Source of the DNA: Lama glama
Lineage: Eukaryota
DNA: 64,000 nt
Assembly (NCBI GenBank): GCA_028534125.1
Contig: CM052823.1
Location: forward strand, 69,254,001-69,318,000
Direction of reading: 5' to 3'
In this document: one piece after another, positions 1 to 12,600 of the stretch
Layout of the letters: each line of letters starts with the position of its first letter
Position numbering within the stretch: the stretch's first letter is position 1
Program-made: the position numbers and the translations under genes
Notes under the pieces: generated by a model
What the model was told of the DNA's origin: nothing
What the model saw: only the letters and a program-made list of their open reading frames with translations
Database searches by the model: none

Positions 1-9
1 CTGCAGCCT

Positions 10-188
10 TAGTGGCTTACTGGGTACCAGAATCACCTGGAGGGCTTGTTAAAGTGCACGTTGCTGGGCCTACCCACAGAGTTTCTGGTTCTATAGGTCT
101 GGAAGGGGACCCCAAAATTTGCATTTCTAACAGGTTCCCAGATCATGCTGATTCTGCTGGTTTGGGAAGCGCGCTTTGAAAACCACTG
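10..188. mobile_element. MER5-type hAT-Charlie DNA transposon relic
   Basis: cagaatcacctggagggcttgttaaa ... tttgcatttctaacaggttcccag ... tttgaaaaccactg resembles the MER5A consensus as I recall it. Confidence 0.75.
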
Positions 189-298
189 CCTTAGAATATT
201 CCTTATCCCCGGAGGCCCCCTGCTGGGCACAGGAGGGACACCTCTGCCATCTCAGCCTTGTACAGGGAGGCAGTGGGGGCAGAAATAGGCGTGGGTGG

Positions 299-400
299 TA
301 GTGGTTCTCAACCCTGGCTGCTCACCAGAATCACTTAAGGAGTTTTGAACAAAAACAGAGGTGCAAACCCTCACCGAGAGATATTGAACCAAATCTGGGG
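299..400. mobile_element. Second MER5-type fragment
   Basis: agtggttctcaaccctggctgc ... agaatcacttaaggag terminus. Confidence 0.55.
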
Positions 401-600
401 CTGTTTTCTCTGTTAATTGTTGTCCTGAGATATTTATCATGTTTTCTCTATACCTTTGCCCTGTGTAGCACTCTGCTCTCATCCGGGGGGGGGGTCATTA
501 GACTCTACCCAGGAGCTAGAGGGGTGGGGGCCCCCACCCTGAAAGGCTGGAGGCTGCTATGTGCCTCTGGTCCTCACTTCCGGTTCTTTCCTCTCTGCAG

Positions 601-3600
601 AGTGGGCACATGCCAGCCGTGCGGGTTTGGGATGTAGCTGAGCACAGCCAGGTGGCAGAGCTGCAGGAGCACAAGTATGGTGTGGCTTGTGTGGCCTTCT
701 CCCCTAGCGCCAAGTACATCGTCTCTGTGGGCTACCAACATGACATGATCGTCAATGTCTGGTCCTGGAAGGTAAGTGGGCTCAGTGGGCTAGCCTGGCA
801 GCCTCATGGGGGTCCAGGGGCCTTCTGGGGAGCTGGGAAACTGTTGACCTCAGCCCTTCCATTCCACTCTGCTGGTCTCAGTCTCATTCTAGAAAACAAT
901 CTGAAGCAGAAAAAAGCAACTGCGCAGCCCAGCATGTTGGTAGAAAGAGGCTAGCTTTATGCCTTTGAGGATTGAATCTCTTCAACTCCTCTAGAAAGTG
1001 ATTCTCCTCCCTCCCCTCTTTTGCTGACCAGTGAATCCTGGAAAGAAACTTTTTTTTTAAGTACAAATCCTATCTAACCTTCCTCCATCCTCTGAGCCTC
1101 TTTCTTCTTGGCCCCAAGAGGCAGAACTTTGATTCTTCCTTTGGCTTTCCCTCCAGAAAAACATTGTGGTGGCCTCCAATAAAGTGTCCAGTCGGGTCAC
1201 AGCAGTGTCCTTCTCTGAAGATTGCAGCTACTTTGTCACTGCAGGCAACCGGCACATCAAATTCTGGTACCTTGATGACAGCAAGACCTCAAAGGTAAGG
1301 TCCTGAGGATGGAAGTAGCCCTGGAGGCCAGGGTCTGCTCAGCCCACCCCAGGAGACCCTGCTCCCTTTGGGACCCTCTCTGCTTGCTTGGTCACCATCC
1401 ATAAGTTTTGGATGAGCCAATGCTATCTGGGCCGAGGGATAGTCTCAAAGGGTAATGGAGGCTTACTGTGTCTCCTCCCTCACTCTCCCCAGCCCATGGT
1501 GTCCAGTGGCCCCTGGGAGGATGGGTGGGCAGCAGAGATGTGTCTCCACAGGTGAATGCCACTGTGCCCCTGCTGGGCCGCTCAGGGCTGCTGGGGGAGC
1601 TGCGGAACAACCTGTTCACCGATGTGGCCTGTGGCCGAGGGAAGAAAGCGGACAGCACCTTCTGCATCACGTCCTCAGGGCTGCTGTGCGAGTTCAGTGA
1701 TCGCAGGCTTTTGGATAAGTGGGTGGAGCTGAGAGTAAGTACCTCTGTACCAGTGCGGGGGTGGGGAGGCTGCCTGCGTCTCAGCTCAGGGGGAACTGAT
1801 GCTGCGGCTCCATGCCGGGGGCAGGGCCCTTGTGCATGCAGCAGGGGACCCCAGAAGAAAGGAGCTCGAGGGAGCCAGAGCTTGGCCCGGCTCTAGCCCA
1901 TGTAGATCTGTATAACTGCCTCCTCTCTGCTCTCTCTTTCTGTCTTTCTTTCCCCTGCTTTCCTCTTCTGCTCAGAACACAGACAGCTTCACAGTAAGTG
2001 GTGCTAGACTCTCCTCTCTTTCTCTTGCTGCTCCTTTCTCTTTGTTGGGCTTTTCCTACTTTGCCCTCTTTGCCAAAACCTCTAGTGCCCTAGAAGGGTC
2101 CCCGACACCCATCCCCCATCTGCACGTGGCCTTGGGCCCTCTGGCCACCTGCTGCTGGAGGGCGGGGCATCTCTACATGACAGCTGAGGGGCTCAGGCCA
2201 GAGCAGCTGGGCTGCTTTCCCCTCTCCCCTGCCTTGGCTGGTGTCTCCTCTTGGCAGGTGACTGTTGAGGATGGGTTGCGCAGGTGGCCCACGCTGACCT
2301 GAGCCCCTCTGCCTGCAGACCACCGTGGCCCACTGCATCTCCGTCAGCCAAGACTACATCTTCTGTGGCTGCGCTGATGGCACCGTGCGCCTCTTCAACC
2401 CCTGTAATCTGCACTTCCTCAGTACCCTGCCCCGGCCCCACGCCCTGGGGACAGACATTGCCAGTGTCACAGAGGCCAGGTGAGCTGTGTGGACCCCCTG
2501 CCCTCCATCAAAGCTTTACTCTGTGCCCAGTCTTCCTTGCCTGTGCTTCAGGGAACAAGGTGAAGAGTGTATTGATATCCCAAAGATTCTCAGAGGAACA
2601 CCTCTGTACACACACAAATTTGGCTTCATTGGTACCCCGCTCACGTGGGGGACTATGGAGTGTCTTAGATGTAGGTGTTAGGAGGGACTTACTGTAAGAT
2701 TTGGGCTTGTGTTAGATGATTTTAGGAATGGTTCCAGGGACTGCAGTTTTGTTCTGGTTGGATACTGTGAGGAGGTGGGGGCAATTCTACTATTGGACAT
2801 TTAATAATTAAAGGGAGAAGGAAAGGTATGAAACTCAGGCTGTAATTGGTAAAGAAGGAGCCGTCAGTCCTGAAAGACGGGAAAGGGTGATGTTCGGTCA
2901 TTTTTGTGTTTTACAATGATATTTTTATCTGTCTCAGACACAGTTACAGAGTGGTCTTGTTTTTGTTTTGCCCCTTCATGGCCACAGAGTTACCTTGTCT
3001 GACTTTGGCGTTCTGTGACCTTGTTCGTGTTCATCAGGAGAGACCGTGGCCCAGCAGCTTGTGCTGGGGCGGCTCCCAACTGAGAGCTGTCAGAGGCAGC
3101 TTTTTCCTCTCAAGCAACTGCTTCCAAACCTACGAGTCTGGAGCGGCTCCCATGCTCTGCTCCTTCCTTTGTGGACTGGCTTCTGTTTCCATTCCCCTCA
3201 GTCCTTCATTTCATCAACTCCTCACTCACCAGTTTGCTCNNNNNNNNNNNNNNNNNNNNNNNNNNNNNNNNNNNNNNNNNNNNNNNNNNNNNNNNNNNNN
3301 NNNNNNNNNNNNNNNNNNNNNNNNNNNNNNNNNNNNNNNNNNNNNNNNNNNNNNNNNNNNNNNNNNNNNNNNNNNNNNNNNNNNNNNNNNNNNNNNNNNN
3401 NNNNNNNNNNNNNNNNNNNNNNNNNNNNNNNNNNNGGAGTGTGGAGGTAGGTGGGCTGGCTTGACCCCAGCCTGGTTTTGGGGGAGTACCACTGTGAGGT
3501 TGGAAAGTGAGGATCCCCAAGTAGAATGTTATGTTCTGCTGCCTCCTCATTTCTCCAGCAGCATCCCTGTGTATCTGCATATCCTCAGATGGGTCCTGAG

Positions 3601-6600
3601 GACGGCACTAGAATTTTAGTGCTTATACATCTCAGGCTTCTTCCAGTGTGCCCCTGTCCATCCGTAGCTTTGCCTCATCCTAGGCTGGATGATCTTGGAC
3701 AAGTTATTGAACCTGACCGAGCCTCATTTCTTCAGTGGTAAAATGATGTACCTGATTTATCTAATTGTTCTAAGAATTAAATGAAAGAATGTAAATGGGA
3801 GGCATGGAAGAATGCCTGTCCACAGTAGGTGCTTGGTTAATGTGCTTTTCCATACTGATTTGAAGAGTATCTGGTAGTTACAGCTTACTTCCTATGTAAC
3901 TGACGCAGGGCTAAGCCTTGGCCAGCATCAAGCCCTTGCTCTCATTCCCTTCTATCTCCGTGGGCAGATAAGGGACTGCTCCTAACTGGAGATCTGACTT
4001 TGTTCCCTCTGCCCCTTCAGGTCTACCCCGAAGTGAAGGACAGTAACCAGGCCTGCCTGCCCCCCAGTTCCTTTATCACCTGTTCCTCCGACAACACTAT
4101 CCGCCTGTGGAACACAGAGAGCTCTGGGGTGCATGGCTCCACCCTGCACCGAAACATCCTCAGCAACGTGAGCCACGGGGTCCCCGTCCACACCTAGTAC
4201 CTGCATCCCCTTGCCTTTACACTTCCTTCTTAGGAACTGGGTCCCCAGCTCTTATTTGGCTGGCCTCTGTGAGCCAAGGGTTTATCTTGTCCAGCATTCC
4301 TCTCCCCTTGCCTCTTTTCTGGGTCAGGCCTGCCTTATCCACTTCTCCTCCTGACCTGCTCCGCTAGGACCTCATTAAGATCATCTATGTGGATGGGAAC
4401 ACTCAGGCCCTGCTGGACACTGAGCTGCCTGGGGGAGACAAAGCTGATGGGTCCCTGATGGATCCCCGCGTGGGCATTCGTTCTGTGTGTATCAGCCCCA
4501 ACGGACAGCATCTAGCTTCAGGGGACCGTGTGGGCACACTCAGGTAAGGCCAGGTCTGGAATGGGTACTGCCTGAGTCACGTGGTGCAGGCTGGGAGAGT
4601 TAGGTCCCCGAGGACACAGCTTTTGAAAAGTTTGGCTCAAAGAGATTGGAAAAAAGATATTCCTATACAAGGGAAAGACAATTACTTTATAATGAAGAAA
4701 CCCAGCAGAAAGCATCTTAATCAAGTAACCAAGCTTAGCATCCTCACATCAACATCATGAAGCCCATAATATGATGCACTAAGAAGGACATAGCACTTCT
4801 TTTGTGATATTCTTGCCAAAAATGTGTAAACTCAGTCTAGTCATGAGAAAAGTCAGACAACTCAAATTAAGGTGCATATGACAGGATGCCTGTGCTGATC
4901 AGTACTCTTGGTTATGAAAGGTAAGCAAAAGCTGAAGAACTGTTACAGATAGGGGACTAAAGAGAAATAACTCAATGCAGCTTGGACTCTGGATAGGATC
5001 CTGAGCCTAAAAGAAGGACATTGTGGAAAAAGTGGTAAAATTCAAGTAAAGCCTATGTAAATTTCCTGGTTCTGACAATTAAACTGTTATGTCAGATGTT
5101 AACATTAGGGAAAGCTGGGTAAGGGAAATAGGGAAATCCTCGGTACTCATTGCAACTTTTCTCTAACCTGAAAGTTGAACAATAAAGATAATTTTTTAAA
5201 AAGGTCATAGGAGAAGATGTAGTAGAGGAAGCAAGGTGACTCTCTCCTCCTGCAGCCTTGCAGTGACCTCCTCCCTCCTCTCCTCATCTTTGCAGGGTGC
5301 ACGAACTGCAGTCCCTAAATGAGATGCTGAGGGTGGAGGCCCATGACTCGGAAATTCTATGCCTGGAGTACTCTAAGCCGGACACAGGTAAAGAGTGGAT
5401 GCCCGGTACCTAGACCAGAAAAGCACAGGGCTTCCCCAGTCCTGCTAGTGCCACTTACGCCTATCCTGGCTGTTGTATGTGGGACTGAAAATCCTTGGAA
5501 TAATTTGGTGTCTTTGCAGGTTTGGAGGAGGACAACTCCATCCCTGCTCCATGGTCCACTTGGCTTAGGGATGTGGGACTCAGTTCCTCTTTGCTGGGCC
5601 CATATAGAGGCCTGCTCTGGGCACTCATGGGCTGATGGAGTTCTTCCAATCTCAGGTCTGAAGCTGCTAGCGTCAGCCAGCCGGGACCGGCTGATCCATG
5701 TGTTAGATGCTGGACGGGAGTACAGCCTGCAGCAGACGCTGGACGAGCACTCATCCTCCATCACTGCTGTCAAGTTTGCAGGTAGGGGCAGGGCAGTTGA
5801 GATACATTCTGCCACCTACCACTGACATCTCCCCCGCCACCCACTGCCACCTGCCTCCCACCTCCATGAGAAGGGTGTGCCTGTCAAGGGGAGTGATGGA
5901 CAGTGGCTGGCAGGCCTGGGGATGGAATATGGACTCTTAGTCCAGGGGACCTTGAGCAACCAGGCTGGCTGAGGATAGGGGGGAAGAAAAGAAAGCTTGG
6001 GTTTGGAGGGATGCATCCTGGTTTAGTTGGTAGTCCCAGCCATGTAGAGTAGCTCCACAGGGGGAAAGTATGGAGGGAAGCAGAGGAAAGGCTGGCCCCC
6101 TTGTGGTGAGAGCAGTGGGAACAGCTTGGCCCCCTTTCTCCACAGCCAGCGATGGGCAAGTCCGCATGATCAGCTGTGGAGCAGACAAGAGCATCTACTT
6201 CCGCACTGCACAGAAGGTGAGGTTGCTGGGCTTCCCTGAATGGGGCAGTGGGATTGGGGCTGGGGGGCAGAGGTCGCTACTGTTCTCCTACCTAGGGTTA
6301 CAAGGAGGGAAGGGAGGCAAAAACTGGGCTTTCGGGGCCTGGTGAGGCATTTGGGCATGGGGGTCTGCCCACATGCTCCACCCCTGCAGTCTGGAGATGG
6401 CGTACAGTTTACACGGACACACCACGTGGTACGGAAGACGACCCTCTATGACATGGACGTGGAGCCCAGCTGGAAGTACACAGCCATCGGCTGCCAGGAT
6501 CGAAATATTCGGTGGGCATCCCCTTCTCAGACCATCCGACCCTGAGAGGGTCAGCTCTAAGCAGCTCAGTCCCTGGGTCTGTCTTTTTGTCCGGGACTCT

Positions 6601-9600
6601 GTGCCCCGCTGAGCCTGCAGAATAGGTACTTGGCTTCACCCAAGAGGTGGTAGCCCCTTTGGTGTTGGGGAGCAGCTTCCAGAGAGCACAGGGCTGGGAG
6701 TGAAGCTGGCGTTGCTACCACCGAAGGGTGCTTGATTGTGACCGCCGCCTCATGTGAGTGTCATCCTTTACAGGATCTTCAACATCAGCAGCGGGAAGCA
6801 GAAAAAGCTGTTTAAAGGGTCGCAGGGTGAGGATGGCACCCTGATTAAGGTAAGGGCCCAGCAGGCTGGGCAGTGGGCCAGAGAATGGGAGAACAGAGGG
6901 GTGCTAGGTGGAGAGGGACTGGTGCTCCCTGTCCTCTTCCAGCTGTGTGCCCCACTCCTCAGGTGCAGACAGACCCCTCAGGGATCTACATTGCTACCAG
7001 CTGTTCCGACAAGAACCTCTCCATTTTTGACTTCTCCTCAGGCGAGTGTGTGGCTACCATGTTTGGCCACTCAGGTGAGTGTAGCCCCAGCACTGGACCC
7101 CGGGAACTTTACTCTTCCTTCCTTTAGTTGCTTGGGTCCCAGCAGAGCTGTCTGTCCCTCCCCTTTAACCAGCCTTCCATCTCCACCTGGCTGGGACTTC
7201 AGGGTGGCTCATCAGCCATATTCTTTGTTCTTCACAGAGATTGTCACTGGCATGAAATTTAGTAATGACTGCAAACATCTCATCTCTGTGTCAGGGGACA
7301 GGTGAGCAGAGGCCAGCTTCCCTGAGACACAGATTCTTCCTCTGTGCCACAAACAGACCCTGTCCCTCCCCTCTCTTCACCTCAGTGATGTCTTGGAAAG
7401 TGGGGCTGAACAGGGATATTTCTTGGCTGGGTCTGACCTGACACTGGAGGGTGGCTCTGGTCTCCTTGTCAGCCCGTGGAGAAGGGGTACTAGTGGTGTT
7501 GCCTCCCCCAGAGTCCTGCCTTCCTCCTCCCTCATCCACCTCTGTGTCTCTACCCCAGCTGCATATTTGTGTGGCGCCTGAGCTCTGAGATGACCATCAG
7601 CATGAGGCAGCGTCTGGCTGAGCTGCGCCAGCGTCAGCGAGGGGGCAGTCAGCAAGGACCGTCCTCTCCCCAAAGGACTACTGGGTCGAACCGGTGAGAA
7701 CAGAGTGTGGGGTGTGGAAAAGCAGTGGGTGGACATCCAGATTGCTCGCTGTGATCTCACTGCTCACCCCACTCGCTCTGGACCTGCCACTCGGCAGCTT
7801 TGTTTCCCAGCACCTGTTTCTCACACAAAGACCCATGATGCTGGCCTCTTCCTCTCGCTGTTCTCCTCTCTCCATGACCTTCCTTGTCTTGGACTTAGGC
7901 ACGAGGCCCCATCGATGCTTTCTCCTGGACCTGCTCTCTCATCAGACAGTGACAAGGAGGGAGAAGACGAGGGCACTGAAGAAGAAGAACTTCCAGCTCT
8001 GCCCATCCTTGGTACCAAGAAAGAGCCAGGTCCGTGGAAGTGCAGTGTAGGGCCAGACACCAGTTGGTACAGTGGCTAGATGTGCCCTTGCTGGGACTGT
8101 GGGGTGAGAACAGCATGAGCTGAGGGAACTGGAGCATCGCTGTGGCCTCTGGGCTTGCGTGTGGTGGGAACTCCAGGTTGGTTGGGCAGGAGACGCTCTC
8201 TGACTGCCTGTCTCTGTCTAGCCTTGGTGCACAGCCCAGCACTGCCCCGAAGCCTGTCCCACTGGGAGATGAGCCGGGTGAGTCACCATCATTAAAATGT
8301 TCTTCCGAGGTTACAAGAGGTAAAGGAGGGTGAAAGCAGGGCTCTCTGCACCTGGCGAGACATTTGGACACAGGGTCTGCCCACGTGCTCCACCCCTTGT
8401 GTCCAAGGGAGTTTGAGCCACTGGGCTGGTCCCAGGTTGTGGGTGACAGAGCTCAGGTGTTTCCTCCCTGTGACCAGGTAAAGTGGCCTGCAGGGGTCAG
8501 TCACCACTAGGGGAAGTACTCCACTTGTTTCGCTACCTGGGAGCCTGGGGGTAAATGTGAACAAAGGACGGGTTGAAGTGGGGAGTAGAAAAGGGGTCTG
8601 AGCAGAATGGTTAGAAGTAAATTTCAAGAAAATCAAAGGGCTAAAGAGCAGAAATCTGGAGAAACCGTAGTTCTAAAGACCCAGGATAGGAGGTAAGCCC
8701 AGAACTTCTAGAAGAGTTAGAGAGATGCCATAAGAGGACCAGTAACTGAGTGGTGACTTCAGGGTAGCGAGTGGTGGGGGGCAGGATAAAGGCTTTCAGA
8801 GCAAGCCCTGCGGCAGCCTGGACCCTCCCTTAGTCGGGATTGCAAGAGCCAGCACCTCTCTTTGTCAGCAGTAGTGTCATAGGATATAGTGGTGTGGTGT
8901 CCAGTGCCTTCTGACCAGGTCAGGGGGGCTCAAGCCTGGGCTATTGGTTTGCCCTTGGTGCTGTGAATGGATTGAGGCTGTCCTCAGAGTGGGGGACTTT
9001 TAGAGACTCCCAGCTCTGAGGTGTTCATGATACTAGGTGAAGACTGAGACCAGAAGGTCCTCTGGGACACGACACAGAGGGAAGCTAAGAGCGTGAACTC
9101 TGGAGCCAGACTGCTTGAGTTGTAACCTGCAGGCAGACTGTCTGTGGGACTCGGAGAAGTTACTTAAGCCCCCTGTGCTTCAGTTTTCCCATCTGTAAAT
9201 TTGAAGCTAATAGTAGTACCCACTTCATAAGGTGGTTGTGAGGATTAAATGAGCTCATGTGTGTAAAGTGCCTGGCACACAGTAAATGACACGTGTTTGC
9301 TAATACTCTCGTGTGATTGTTACCGTTACTCTACTCCCACCCCCCACCCCACACCAGGCACAGGAGACGGAGGAGTTCCTGGACCCAGCTCCTTCAGCCA
9401 ACCAAAGACCCAGAAGAAGGGGGCGCTGGGCTCAGCCAGGTGTGGAGCTGAGTGTTTGCTCCATGCTGGACCTGCGGCAGCTGGAGACACTGGCCCCAAG
9501 CCCTCGGGGCCCTAGTCAGGACCCTCTGGCCATGACTCCTTCTGGTCCTGGGAAGCATGGTCAGCGGGCCTCTGAGACCTCACATGCTAGCCAGGTGAGC

Positions 9601-12600
9601 CCACTTTCTCCCAGCAATCTAGAGATCTCCAAGGAGCCTCAGCCAGCCTTGTGCCAACAGCTGGGGCCTGAGCCTTCATCCAGCTATGCTTGCTCTACCT
9701 CTGTGGGACATGCGTAACCTGAATGGCAAAGACAGGTGGGGCTGGCTAAGCTGTGGTACAGTGATCGGAGTGGAGAAGCAAAGGATTGCCTTTGTCCTTG
9801 GCTGGGTTCCTTGGAGGGCTCATGATGTGAAATGGTGGCTGGAGGTTGGCAGCCCAGAGTGCTGATGTAGATCTTCCAGAAGCTCAAGAACACTTGGAGC
9901 CCAGCCTGGCTTCATGGGGTCTGACCGCAGAGTTGGAGCTTCCCTTAGAATTGGTGCCCACTGAATCCTTGCCCACCTCCACCTCTTCTCCCAGACCCTT
10001 GCTTATGTCAGCAAACACCCTGCTGCCCTTTTGTGTGTTCCCAGAATGAAAAGCCCCCTCGGCCTCAGGCTTCCCAACCCTGTTCCTGCCCCCACCTTAT
10101 CCGATTGTTGTCCCAAGAGGAAGAGGTCTTTGCCCAAGATCTGGGGCCTGCACCCATCGAAGATGGTATTGTCTACCCCGAGCCGAGTGACAGCCCCACC
10201 CTGGATACCAGGCAAGGGTCCTGCAGACCTCTAGGGCCATGCACCCCTCAGTCTTCCTTCCCTCCACATGTTCTGTACTTGGGTGGGGGACTGGCCCCGG
10301 GCACTCAGGGCTTGCCCACCACTGCACCTCTGCCTCATCCCCAGTCCTGCTCACGAATGGGGCAGAGGGAAGGCAGGACTTACCACTGCTCCTCCAGCTC
10401 ACCAGTGCTTACTGCCTCCTCTTTCCCCTGCTGGCCTTCCTGGCAGTGAGTTCCAGGTGCAGGCACCAGCCCGAGGGACCCTGGGAAGACTGTACACTGG
10501 CAGCAGGGGCTCAGAGAAGCACAGCCCTGACAGCGCCTGCTCTGTGGACTTCAGCAGCAGTCGTCTTTCCAGCCCTGAGCACCCCAACGAAGGTGAGGCT
10601 GCAGCCCTGAGGTGGGGCCAGGACCGCGAAGGTCAGTGTGCTGAGGTGGGAGTGGAGGCTCGCGACAAGTGGGTGCAGCGTGATGCTTCTCTCCCCTCCC
10701 CTACGTCCAGACTCTGAGAGCACGGAGCCCCTGAGTGTGGATGGCATTTCCTCAGACCTTGAAGAGCCAGCCGAGGGTGATGAGGAAGAGGAGGAAGAGG
10801 AGGGAGGCACTGGCCCCTATGGGCTGCAGGAAGGCAGCCCCCATACCCCGGACCAGGAGCAGTTTCTAAAACAGCACTTTGAGACTCTGGCCAATGGGGC
10901 TGCTCCAGGTGTGGTCAGAGGGCCATTTGGTTACTGCAATCTACCCTTCTTCCCTCCTCGCCCAGCTGAGAGGGAGGGTCTGAGGGCAGGCCGTGCCCTG
11001 GGGTTGCCTTCTGGGTGAGGCAGAATCTGGGCCAAGGGCTCACTCCCATACATGATTTCTGTCATCCTGGCAGGGGGCCCAGTCCGGGTACCAGAGCGGA
11101 CAGAGTCTCAGAGCATCTCTTCACGATTCCTGTTGCAAGTGCAGACCCCCCCACTCAGGTACTCTCCCCACAGCAGCGCTTGCTTTCCTACAAGGAGCTC
11201 TGGCTCTCCTGACCTCACAGTGCTCCCAACAGGGCCAGTACTACCCCTGGGGCAGCAGGCAGCCTTCCTCTCTCCAAGGCTCTGTTTCCATGCCCAGCAG
11301 TATTTTGCACTCTAAGTTTTGGGACAGCCGGCTTGGCTGGCTTTGTGCCTGTCCTTCTCTCCTAGCGCCTCTCTAGTGTTGTGAGAGCCTCTCCCTGTCT
11401 TGGCAGGCAGGAGCCCTGAGCCTTCTCTGGGCCTCCTTCCACATTTCCTCCCTGTAGGGAACCGTCCCCATCTTCCTCAAGCTTGGCACTGACGTCGAGA
11501 CTGGTCCAGGTGCCGCAGGCTTCTGGCAAGCAGCTGAGAGGCAATGGTGCCAATCCTCCAGGAGCACCCCCAGAGGTGGAGCCTTCCCCAGGGAAGCCTG
11601 GCCCCCAGCAGGCAGCCCCTGTGCTGTTGCCACGACGCCGTCTCAACCCAGATAGTAGCTGCGCCCCCAAGAGAGTATCCACAGCCAGCCCCTCAGGCAG
11701 ACTCCAGAAAGCCCAGTCTGTGCAGAGTCTGGTGCCACAGGGTGAGGAGCCTGGCGGGCTCAGCTCCGGGTGTGGGGGGTGTGGAACACGGGGGTGTGCT
11801 AGAGGAAGGTGGGCTCATGTAGCCCTAGGTGTCACTGTGCTTGTCAGTGGGTGTCCCTTGGTGGGTATGTATAAGGCACAGCAGCTCCTAGGGAGATGAG
11901 CCTTAGAACCTGAGACGCTGCCTCACCCCCTGACCTGTGTGTGTGTCTCTGTCTCTGCAGATGAGGCCCCTCCACCAGGCCCATTGCTCTTACAGGAGAT
12001 GGAGGTACAGAGGCACCTGCATTCCCTACCCGAGGCTGATAGTCGTCTGTCTCGGCCCCNNNNNNNNNNNNNNNNNNNNNNNNNNNNNNNNNNNNNNNNN
12101 NNNNNNNNNNNNNNNNNNNNNNNNNNNNNNNNNNNNNNNNNNNNNNNNNNNNNNNNNNNNNNNNNNNNNNNNNNNNNNNNNNNNNNNNNNNNNNNNNNNN
12201 NNNNNNNNNNNNNNNNNNNNNNNNNNNNNNNGCCACTGCCTGATCGTCCTACCCTGGCCACATTCTCACCTGGTACCAAGGGCCGGGCCCCTGGTGAAGC
12301 AGAACAGCCTGGTTCCCCAGTTGGCCTAGGAAAGGCTCACAATACATCTGAGAGGCCGGCCTGTTTTGGGGAGGTTGCCACTCTCAAGCCTAGGACAGAG
12401 TGCCAGGCTCAGCCTGGGCCCAACAGCCCCCATGCTCAGCAACTGCCAGTTAGCAGCCTCCTCCGAGGCCTTGAGAACTTGCAGCCCCTACCCCTTGAGA
12501 AGACTCCCAGCCCCATGGAATACACCAAGCCAGGGGCAGCCGTGAGCCGGGACTCAGGTGTGCACAGCTACCCAGCTCTCACCTCCTGCCCCATCCTCTC

